DNA of 64,000 nucleotides from Pseudogymnoascus verrucosus (Eukaryota): NCBI GenBank assembly GCA_001662655.1, contig KV460275.1; one strand, 5' to 3'. Shown piece by piece: positions 1 to 9,862 of this stretch (position 1 is its first letter; each line of letters starts with the position of its first letter). The notes under the pieces were generated by a model. It saw only the letters and a program-made list of their open reading frames with translations, ran no database searches and was not told where the DNA came from. The position numbers and the translations under genes were made by a program.

Positions 1-244
1 GGTATATCTGATAACGACGAGTCGATTATTCTAGGGATAAATATCACTTTATACAGCATTACTACAGGTCTCACGACGTTGGAAAAAAGAGGTCTTGGCT
101 ATTCTTGGCTATTCTTAGCATGTATCCGGATACTACTCGAGAGTATCCGGATACGCCGGATACTCCTAAAATATCGCCGGGTAGGTAATTACTCGAGGAT
201 ATACCCGGATACCACGGGTATTTTGGTATCCGTGCCGAACACTG
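1..244. mobile_element. Probable terminus of a cut-and-paste DNA transposon or MITE (hAT-like); the rest lies left of the window
   Basis: Minus strand from 244 reads CAGTGTTCGGCACGGATAC, a CAG-type terminus. Clustered subterminal motifs: palindrome GTATCCGGATAC at 122-133 and 143-154, CCGGATAC near 156 and 205, GTATCC near 226. Tandem TCTTGGCTAT near 93-112. The partner end is not visible. Confidence 0.4.
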
Positions 245-371
245 GAAAATGTTCATTCCGACGATAACGATTATACTCGTGATGCGCTTTAAATGTTATC
301 CAAGTTAGATGTAAAAGAAGCCTAAACGTAACTAGATCCTAATCTCTACTCAAGCCCCATCCACTATATCT

Positions 372-1880
372 TCAAACGAAGTAACGAAACTTGAGCGAAT
401 TCTCGCCATCAGAAAGCTCGCTAGTACTGACATCTTGAGCCCTCAAATTAGTACCTATGGCCTCATTTCGTCTCCTATTCTCGGCTCTCATCCAAAGGCC
501 TAAGATCAACACTGAAGCAATAGCAATGACGTTGCAAATGCAGGTAGTAATCAAAGTCGGAATATATTTGGGAGCATACTCGACACGAAAAGTGGCTGCT
601 GAAAGGATACCAGCAAAGTTGCCGAGGCCAACAAGGAGTCCGGTGGTTGCAGCACGGCTATTCTCGTCGAGGTTGTTGTTGTTGTGCCATGTTTGGACGA
701 GACATGACGGGATGTATGCCCCTGCAGCCATTAAAAAACAAGCAAAGTATGCAACACCCTTATGGTCCAGAACATCGATAGTAATGAGTATAATCATACC
801 AATAAGGCTGGTAATTAAGGAACCGATAATGTGGAATGTGCGCTCGCGGAAGTAATCCGACGATTTGGCAACGAGAAGCAGTACGATGAATCCAACGGCG
901 TTCGGGGCTACTGTCCATAGATTTGTCTTCACGGTTGAGTATCCAAGGCGCTGGACGATTTGTGGAAGAAAATTCGAAGTGGTGGCAAAGGCGACTGGAT
1001 AGACAAAGGCTATTACGCACCACAAAGCAAATTTCCAATCTTTCCAGATCTGGAAACAATCCTTCAGATTAAATTTGGTGCTGACCTTATTGGAAGAGTC
1101 GCGCAGGGATCGGGCTGTTGCTGCAGCTTTCTCATCTTGGTTCAAGAACCATGCAGTTTGAGGAGAGGCAGGAAGCCAGAAGAAGGCGATGACGCCGAAA
1201 ACCAAGGTCAGGCTACCCTCAATGATCATGAGATATTTCCAACCTGGGATGGTAGTATTTATATGGAACACTCCGAAGGCTATAAGGCCGCTGAAGGCCG
1301 CTGCAAGAAGAGCGCTGCCGAAAACAATGGCGATGCGGAAGCCGAGTTCCCCGCGCGAGTAGAACAGTGTTAAGTAAAAAACCACACCAGCGAAGAAGCC
1401 CGCTTCACAGGCACCCATGACTAGACGGCAGACAAGCAAACCGCCAAAGTTAAAGGCAGCACACTGGAGGAGAGACACGGATCCCCAGGTGATCATCAAG
1501 ATGGGCAACACCAATGCAGCTGTGAATCTCTTGGTGAGGATGTTGAGAGGCAAGTCCAAAGTGCCAAAGGGGATGTAAAAGAGAAGAATGAGTAAAGAGT
1601 ATTCGTTCCCAACAAAGTGGAGATCCTTTGAGAGGCCATCCGTCTCCGCATTTCCAAGGTTGCTGCGGTCGACAGCGTTAAAGAAATACATCAAGGCCAA
1701 ATAGGGGAGGAGATATATATCCAACTTTCGCACGTAAGATCTCTCTGAGGCCTTGTCGATATGGTCTGTGGTGGCCTTGTCGACATGCACCGAGGCCCCT
1801 GATTCGATGTCGGTAGTGGTGGCTGGACCCTCTTCCAATCTCTTGTCCAAAGAAGGAAAGACTTTTAGAGATAGAGACAT
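372..1880 (-). CDS. MFS transporter, allantoate/nicotinate permease (Dal5/Tna1, ACS) family
   Basis: 502-aa intronless ORF with about 12 hydrophobic segments. Family motifs VRKLD..LLP, DRSNLGNA, EAGFFAG..FYLTLFY, WKYLMIIEG, FWLP.SP.TAWFL. Confidence 0.93.
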   Translation of the reverse strand: MSLSLKVFPSLDKRLEEGPATTTDIESGASVHVDKATTDHIDKASERSYVRKLDIYLLPYLALMYFFNAVDRSNLGNAETDGLSKDLHFVGNEYSLLILLFYIPFGTLDLPLNILTKRFTAALVLPILMITWGSVSLLQCAAFNFGGLLVCRLVMGACEAGFFAGVVFYLTLFYSRGELGFRIAIVFGSALLAAAFSGLIAFGVFHINTTIPGWKYLMIIEGSLTLVFGVIAFFWLPASPQTAWFLNQDEKAAATARSLRDSSNKVSTKFNLKDCFQIWKDWKFALWCVIAFVYPVAFATTSNFLPQIVQRLGYSTVKTNLWTVAPNAVGFIVLLLVAKSSDYFRERTFHIIGSLITSLIGMIILITIDVLDHKGVAYFACFLMAAGAYIPSCLVQTWHNNNNLDENSRAATTGLLVGLGNFAGILSAATFRVEYAPKYIPTLITTCICNVIAIASVLILGLWMRAENRRRNEAIGTNLRAQDVSTSELSDGENSLKFRYFV

Positions 1881-2376
1881 GGTGATGGGATAAGATTAAG
1901 CTCTCACAGTCCGTTAAGAAAGAGCCTTGGAGTATAGATATGATACTCTATGGTATGGACTGAATGAAGATCAAAGAGTGAGAAATTTAATTGATGTTTT
2001 GATAGAGCAAAAGAAGATGGGTGTTAGCTATACTTTTATTTACTTCTATCTAAACTTATCTACTGTTACTCAACTCCGTTATCATGTCAAGAGACGTCTT
2101 GCAAGGTTCTGCGACGATCTGGGGACAGGGTGGATGAAGCAATCTAGCGGAGTATCCCGGAGAATGCCGGGCGAGGCGTTTTCCACTAAATACCACCCAC
2201 GTTATCTGTAAGTAATGGGACTCCCCACTAAATACTACCCCGCTTTATCTTTAAGTAATGGTGGATGATCTTCGTCAAAGGAGAAATCATTTAGATGGAA
2301 AGTGACCCCGAGTAGAGGGAAATCCAGGATTATATTCTTTCTGTGGGGGCTGTTATCCTGTCGAACGTCGATAGTC

Positions 2377-4540
2377 ATGCCACCGGGCATATCCAACAGT
2401 GTCCAGAGCCAAACTCCCTCAACGAGGACCCGATCGTTTGGAGGCTGTTTGACTTGCCGCGCCCGGAAGGTGAAGTGTGATGAGGTCCGGCCATTTTGCG
2501 GCCAATGCATACGAGCTGTTGTCTCGTGTGAAGGGTACCTGGCCAGGCTAAGATGGCTCCCATACTCGCTCAGTGCATGTTCCACAGTAACACACAAGGA
2601 CGACGAAGATGGGGGCCATAGTAGACGAATGCTGTTCACAGGTATGTGATATCAATCCTGTTCTTTCAAGCGTAATACTGACAGTTGATGCAGAAGAAGA
2701 ACGCATGCTTATGTCAAATCATTTGACACAGAGTGTCGGTTACTATCATCTAGACAAGGCACTCGAAGAAGTTGAATCATCATCTAGGGTACAGTCTGCT
2801 GTGACCGCCATCGTTGGGCCATTTGGGTCCTTCCATGTGTCGGTGTTGAGCAGTTGTCCAAATTCAGACCAATCTGCCCGTCCTCGTGTAGTAAGTTCAA
2901 GCTCGCAGCAAGACTCCGAAGATGAGAGGGCCATCACCTCTGCCAGCCCTCTGATCGCCCCCGACGGTTGGGCCCAGGCTACCTCTAATAACGACCCATT
3001 CGAAGATTCTTCACTTACCTGGGGTCTGACGGATAACGGTACAGCTTCCTTCACCTCTCCAGTGTTAACCTCGCTCCTCGAGATGGATGGATTAGGATCT
3101 GGCAACTGGGGCGTGGGATTCCCCACAGATTTCTTACAAGACGTGACTATATCTCAGTCACCCAGATCTCTGCAAGTTCGAGGAAGCATAATGGACTGTG
3201 GCCCAATACCGGAAAATATGCACTTTCTCTTGGATCATTACAAGAACCAAGCGGAAACCTCTTTCTCTCCTCTACGAGTGAGAAAACCGCCATGGAGTGT
3301 CCTGCATCTCCCCAGTGCTTTATCAGCCTTCTCTGAACTCACATTATTCAAGGAGACTAACAATGCCAAGGCTGCTCTGCTCTACGCAGTACTTGCGGTA
3401 AGTGCGTTCCATCTAGACAAGGTTGTGGCTTCTGCTGGCAGTTCCAATTACTGGTGGACGGTGGGGGAGGACTTGCGTCATAGGGCAAAAGCCCAGTTAC
3501 AGTCCTGCAGCTATAATGAGTTAGTCGGTCCAGGTCGCTCGAAGTACAAAGAGATACTGATGGCTATTCTGACGATGGTCACCATATGTGTCGTCAATGG
3601 CCAACAAAATGAAGCCAGGTCATACCTGCTCAACGCAGAGCTGCTCATCTGCACGAGAGGAGTAACAAAACAGTTTAAATCTCGCAAAGTTAGAATGCTG
3701 CATTACATCTATCTCTTCCTCCGAGTAATGGAAGAGAGTACATACATCTACCCACGAACCTGGCGGCCACTTGTCACTCCCGACTACAGCCCCTTAATGC
3801 GCTTCCCATCTATTCGAACATACAGCGTCGGACAAGGAACAGATATCGACACCATCAGCGGCGGCAATTTCGAAATCGGTCTCTTCGGCGAATCTTGCGA
3901 AGCCCCCACCTCCGAGACACTCTTCGAGAAAATATACGGAATACCTGAAGCTATTCTCTCCCTAATATCGCAAACAACTAGCCTGGCAAATGAAATCTTG
4001 GCTCTAGGCGGAGATGAAGCCTGCCTGCCACCGGACCTCGCCCATCGGAGCAAAGTCCTCGAGAACGAAATCTGTTCCTGGGCGCCGCCCGCCAGCGTGT
4101 CCGACTACGAACCCAACAACGATGCAATTCCCGAAAACCGCACCATAATGCCGCATCTAATCCTCGGCATCCACTGCTCACTGGTCATATATTTCTACCG
4201 CCGAATACGCAACATAGCTCCCCTTCTTCTCCAAAGTTATGTCCAAAAGACGATTGAACATTTGGAGAGTAACGAGCAGGCTAAGCTGGACAGCTCAGTG
4301 ATTAATACAGGGATTGTATGGCCGGGATTCATTGCTGCGACGGAGGCTATAAGTCAGGAACTGCAAGAAAGGTGTGAGAGGTGGTTGAGGGAGTGCGCTA
4401 GACAAAGCGGGATGCGCAATTTTGATACAGCAGCAGATGTTGCTAGGGAGGTGTGGAAGGCTAGGAAGGAGAGCAGGGATATGGGTGTTAGTTGGGTTAC
4501 GTTGATTAGAGATCGTAGAGTAGCTTTAATTTTGACTTGA
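2377..4540 (+). CDS. Zn(II)2Cys6 transcription factor (Arg81/Fungal_trans_2 type); exons 2377-2641 and 2694-4540
   Basis: RSFGGCLTCRARKVKCDEVRPFCGQCIRAVVSCEGY zinc cluster. Intron 2642-2693 (GTATGT..ACTGAC..CAG) joins it in frame to the long ORF, which ends with the WPGFIAATEA motif. Confidence 0.92.
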
Positions 4541-4633
4541 CTTGATGGATATTTAGATTTATTGGGATCAAATTGGTTCGATAGATAATAATGTAAGAAC
4601 ACTTGCTGAGCGTCGCTCGACAGGAATTTATCT

Positions 4634-5662
4634 CTAAGTGTCGACTTTACCTCTCAACCGTCTCTCGCGGTTCCCAACTGAACACTCCAGTTCCCACTGC
4701 AGATCTGGTTGAAACTCGCAATAAAGTGTCTCCGAGTCGCTAGTCATGCGGTGTGTATACTCTGCCACCTCATCATCGACGTACACCTTAGTAATGCCAT
4801 TCGCAGCCGCGGCCTCTACTAGAAGTTGTACCTCACAGCTCTTCTCCATGAGCATAAACAAGTAAGCCGCTTCATCGACCGTCTTCCCAACAGTAAATAG
4901 CCCATGGTTCCTCAGTATCATACCCTTCCCCTTCTGACCCAAGGCCGTTGCCAACCGTTGTGCCTCAGCTTCATCGAATACTACCCCACCAAATTCGGAG
5001 TAGACAGCCTGCGCATCCCCGTAGAAATGGGTGACGTCTTGATTTAACATCTCCAAACGGCGGGAGAATGTGCTCCATGCCTTGCCCGCTTTGGAATGCG
5101 TGTGGCATGCTGCGATCACGTCGGGTCGTGCTTTGTGTACCGCAGAATGGATTTGGAATCCAGCTGCATTGGCAGGCAAGCTAGTATTGCCGCCGATGGG
5201 TGAGCCGCTGTAGTCAACCAAGATCATGTCGGATGGTTGGAGTAGACCGAAAAACTTTCCCAATGGATTGGTCCAAAATGTATGTGGGTTTTCAGGGTCG
5301 CGGACGGAGATGTGACCCGACATGCCTTCAGTGAACCCTGTGTTGAGGGAGAGTTAGATCAGCTAATGAACGCCAATACGAGGGGAATGGGGAAGAATGA
5401 AGAGGGGTGGGGAAGAATGAAGAGGGGTGGGAAAGGATGCGGATGGGATGTAATTACCTTTCCGAGCGAAGACCTGAAAGGCTAGAGCCATATGCTCCAG
5501 CATCCAGTGTCGCTGCTTTTCGAAGTCATTGAAGATGGGAATCCCTGGTAGGCAGACTCCTTTTGAGATAGCTTGAAGAGCCGTTTTATCTGTAGTTTCA
5601 CACTCCTGCTTCTCGTTGCTGTCGGTCAAAATATGGTTCTGATGAAGCGCTGATGGAGCCAT
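4634..5662 (-). CDS. Class II aldolase/adducin-head family protein; exons 5662-5458 and 5337-4634
   Basis: Intron 5457-5338 (GTAATT..CTAAC..CAG) gives FARKGFTEGMSGHISVRDPE. Metal-binding motifs IHSAVH, ACHTHS, LRNHG. Confidence 0.92.
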
Positions 5663-6309
5663 TTTCGTTAGCTAAGAGATATGAAACCTTCCTTAATATT
5701 GTTAATTTCAAAGAAAGATGGACTATGCAAAGCAAAAGGGCTCAGTCAAAGGAGCGGCGGCGAATGTCGACATATATCGTTCTATGGGAAAAGCGATCCA
5801 TTTCTCCATATTTACGCCATTTACGGCGGTAACATCATCTTGCATCATGGCGGAGAAGGCCCTAGGGCAATGCATCACAAGAATCTCCAGAAAAATGATT
5901 CCTCAGTCGGTGTTTGGCAAGTAAAGCCAGGGAGAGCTTGGGCGGGTGAGCAGATGCCAGAGGCAGGTCGGAACGGGAAGGTCATCCCGAGTGACGACGG
6001 CGATTCGTCAACAATATTACATAATATAGATTCGGAAGGAAGGCCTCCCCGAGTTTTGCGCAACTGATGGATGGTGGGGTAATCGCATTATACATCAAAC
6101 GTAACAGTTGGGGGGGAAGTTCTACTCCACTTCAGATTTCTGAGATGGGATTTGAGCCTTCGTCTTCATACATAGGGACCTTGGGTTCCGAGATATTGTA
6201 AAAAATCAAAAGCAAGATCATATCCGTGCCAAGTCCCAAAACACAGCATTCAAACATCAGCGTTCTTTACTGCAGCCTTTGGCCGAGCATCAACTGTATC
6301 TCGATAGAC

Positions 6310-8172
6310 ATGGTATGTAGAATGTAAATTTCCCTTTTATGTCTTACGTTCTCAGTTTGAGTGAATGGACGCGTGCAGTAAATGTAGCGAGGTCTTTTTA
6401 GTTGTCGGATCTGAAGACAGAGGCTATTCATAGGCGTTCAAATAGCATACCACGTAGAGGACGTTAAATCTAACTTCTAGCAGGGTTTTAATATCGTTGA
6501 ATTATCCATTGCAGACCTTCAGCAGGCCCTCACCTCAGACCTAATTACCAGTGTTGAGCTGGTTGACAAGTATCTACAACGTATCAACACATATGATTCC
6601 AGCGGCCCATGCCTCAATTCCATTACCAAAATTAATCCCAACGTTTTCGAAGAAGCAGCCGCATCCGACGACAGACGATCAGCTGGGCTCCCACCTCGCC
6701 CCCTCGAAGGGATCCCGTACACGCTCAAGGATGGTTTCAAATACAAAGGCATGACTGTTGCTGCTGGTTCCCCAGCATTCAGGAACCTAGTACCAAATGA
6801 AGATGCTTTCATTGTGAAAAAGCTAAAAGAAGCTGGCGCCGTACTTATTGGAAAGACGAATATGCCGCCCATGGCTGCAGGAGGTATGCAGCGTGGCTTG
6901 TACGGCAGGGCCGAAAGTCCTTACAACCCCGAATACCTTACAGCTGCGTTCTCCTCTGGCTCTTCAAACGGCTGTGCTACATCCACAGCTGCTAGCTTTG
7001 CAGCGTTTGGTATCGGATCTGAGACTGTATCATCAGGAAGGTCACCGGCGTCTAATAATGGATTAGTTGCATACACACCTTCTCGCGGAGTTATCTCGTG
7101 TCGTGGACTATGGCCTCTCTATCCGACTTGCGATGTTGTGACGCCGCACACGAGAACAGTTGAGGATATGCTCACAATTATGGATGTTCTAACAGCGGAG
7201 GACAAGGCTAAGAAAGGCGATTTTTGGAGAGAACAGCCCTTTGTTACACTACAGCAGGTGAAGCACCCGGCCACTTATAAGAGTATAATGGCGACTTCAT
7301 CTCTCTCAGGCAAGAGAGTTGGTGTACCAAAAATGTTCATTGGTGGTCTTGATCTAAAGGGAAAGCCTACACATGTCAGTCAACCTGTTATTGACCTTTG
7401 GCGGAGAGCAAAAGCCGACCTTGAAACCCTCGGAGCAACAGTCATCGAGACAGACTTTCCTGTTATTTCAAATTACGAAGACGACTCAGTATCTGGCCAG
7501 AACAACAACGTCGAAGGATGCCCACCAAGCTGGCACAGCCGTGAGCGTAGTGAAATCTTATCTTATGCGTGGGATGATTTCCTTATTGCAAATAGGGATC
7601 CGAATTATCCATCTCTGGGCAGCGCGGATCCAGCACAGATCTTCCCCAAGCCTGAAGGATATATACCTGACATGTTTGGGGAGGTCAAAAACATAATCCC
7701 GTACCCAGATATAGTCGCTTTCATCAAAGACGGCAGACGAGAAGGACGCACTCTATTCGACATAGCTGATATGCCTCAAGCTCTTCGAGCCCTCGAAGAT
7801 CAACGTAAACGCGACTTTGAGGACTGGATGGACAGCCTAGGCCTCGATATGGTTGTCTTTCCAGCGAATGGCGACGTTGGAAAAGCGGACGTCGAGACGA
7901 ACTTGGCCAGCGCTGAGCATGCATTGAAGAATGGTGTTAAATATTCAAACGGAAACCGAGCACTGAGACACTTGGGCATTCCAACAGTTAGTGTCACAAT
8001 GGGTATGATGGCTGATACAGGCATGCCTGTCAACCTCACTTTTGCTGGAAAGGCCATGGATGACATCAATTTACTAAGATATGCCTACGCATTTGAGCAA
8101 AAGAGTAGGAGGAGGGTACCACCGCCCATCACACCACCGCTTTCTTCCGACGAAATTCCTAGACTAGGTTGA
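6310..8172 (+). CDS. Amidase-signature family enzyme; ATG-only first exon 6310-6312, second exon from 6481 or 6484
   Basis: ATG|GTATGT at 6310, branch CTAAC and TAGCAG acceptor at 6478-6483. In-frame N-terminus GFNIVELSIADLQQAL. Catalytic Lys in GIPYTLKD, then GKTNMP, SGSSNG, GSETVSSGRSPA (Ser-cisSer-Lys triad). Confidence 0.9.
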
Positions 8173-8674
8173 AACTCGGATTTCTTGATATTAAACGGAC
8201 AATTGTTAGACTGTTGTTCCTATAAACTATACATTAATCGATAGCTCTACAAAATAGGTGTCCTATTGCAATATCCTTGGTTTTTCTTACATAACTAACA
8301 CTACATTATGCCTCCTACTTGCCATCGCATAGTTTTTACTACGTAATAGTTAAAAGGATCTAATATTTGCTACTACCAACTGCTCGCTATATGTTGTATC
8401 CAGCCTTGCAGGCTCGTTTATGTGCCTGCTATGAGGGTGTAGTCACATCATGCAGAACAGCAACCACTTATAATCATCCACGTAATAGGATTCTAACATT
8501 AAGCGCCACTTAGGCAACAAAGTATCATCTAGAATTTCAAGGCTATGGTTCGCCATTAAGTAGTCCCATAAATAAGCTGCTGCCTCATACTGGATTTGAA
8601 CGAGCCGACTACATCGAGGATCTAAATGAACTATGTATCGAAGCATGGCAGGATAAGGGAGCGTATTCCACCAG

Positions 8675-9782
8675 AGATCAATATCGCATGAGATTCAAGA
8701 TATAATTCGAGAAAAACTTTCAAATGTAGCGCCTGGAAATTCTTTGGAAGATTTGAAGGCCGTGATAGAGAGGCTCTCCGCAGTAACCACAACTTTCGAG
8801 TCTGTTCTAGCAGATGTCATTGCACAGGATCAGGAGCCTCCTCTCAAAAACAATGCTTCTCCGATAGTGAAAGAGATGAAGAATGTGCTCGAATGGACCG
8901 AACGTTCGTTTTTTATATCCTTGTTTCGTGTATTCTAAGACTGAGCTAATATGTGGTGTTGTAGTTCTTAACACCAAGGCCGACACCACTTCCTCCGAGC
9001 CTGAATACCTCTTCCGCGCATACAAGTATACAGGCACAGAAACAGGGCGACCTACGTTTACCCCGGAGATAGACGTACCTTTTAGCCTTGGGCATAGGAG
9101 TACTATTCCTGTCGATGAATTTATAAGGGACTTGGCCGGGCATCTTAGCAAGACCCGCATGGAGACGGAAACATATTTTGTTTCAATGAGTCCAATGCTC
9201 GAGTGGACACTCCATAAGGCAGGACAAATAAGGGGAAAAAACAAAAATACAAAAGTTGGCCTTGCTATATTTGATGTTACGAAGCTATGCAATAACTCGG
9301 ATACAACTATCTTCCGTGTTTGGGATGTTCTAGAATTTCTCATACAAAAGAGCAAAGAATACATGATCCCACAAGACGTCTCACGATGGGCAAAAAATTG
9401 CAACGAGTATGTGTCTGTTGGTAAAATCCCCGACAACGGCTTAGTAAGATGGGTGAAGTGGGAAGAACTGTATCCGTCTCCTGTTACTGTTATTTCTTCT
9501 ACGTTCGTCTGGTCCTATACTATTAAGGTGTTCCGTGACAAAGTAGTCCAACAAACGCTTGAGATAGACGACATCTGTGGCAGAATTATAAATCTTGGGA
9601 AGGTTCTAGCTGGTCCGCATGACAATCTCATCTTACCGTTAGTGTTGCTGATTCTTAAGCCAACAATCCGATTTTGGGGCTTCAGTACTGAGATGTCTGA
9701 CGATGTTATTGAGGCGAGGATACATGATCTCCTCGATGACACAGCTGCAGAGAAGATAGTTAAGCTCAACATCAAGGATTAG
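8675..9782 (+). CDS. Uncharacterised protein with an ADP-ribosyltransferase-like (R-S-E) motif pattern; 5' end uncertain; intron 8904-8964
   Basis: GTTCGT..GCTAAT..TAG intron joins ORF 8744-8938 in frame to ORF 8883-9782. Motifs YLFRAY, AGHL, YFVSMS, NEYVSVGKIP..LVRW. Confidence 0.6.
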
Positions 9783-9862
9783 ACTAAGGAATTAGTATCT
9801 TCTCGTTTCTGTTCCTTCTATAATAATCCACGCACATGGCAACTCATATACCAAGTAATATC

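Noticed and set aside
120..235. Spaced palindromic repeats as a CRISPR array
   Set aside because: Eukaryotic context, 6-12 bp units, irregular spacing and no cas genes.
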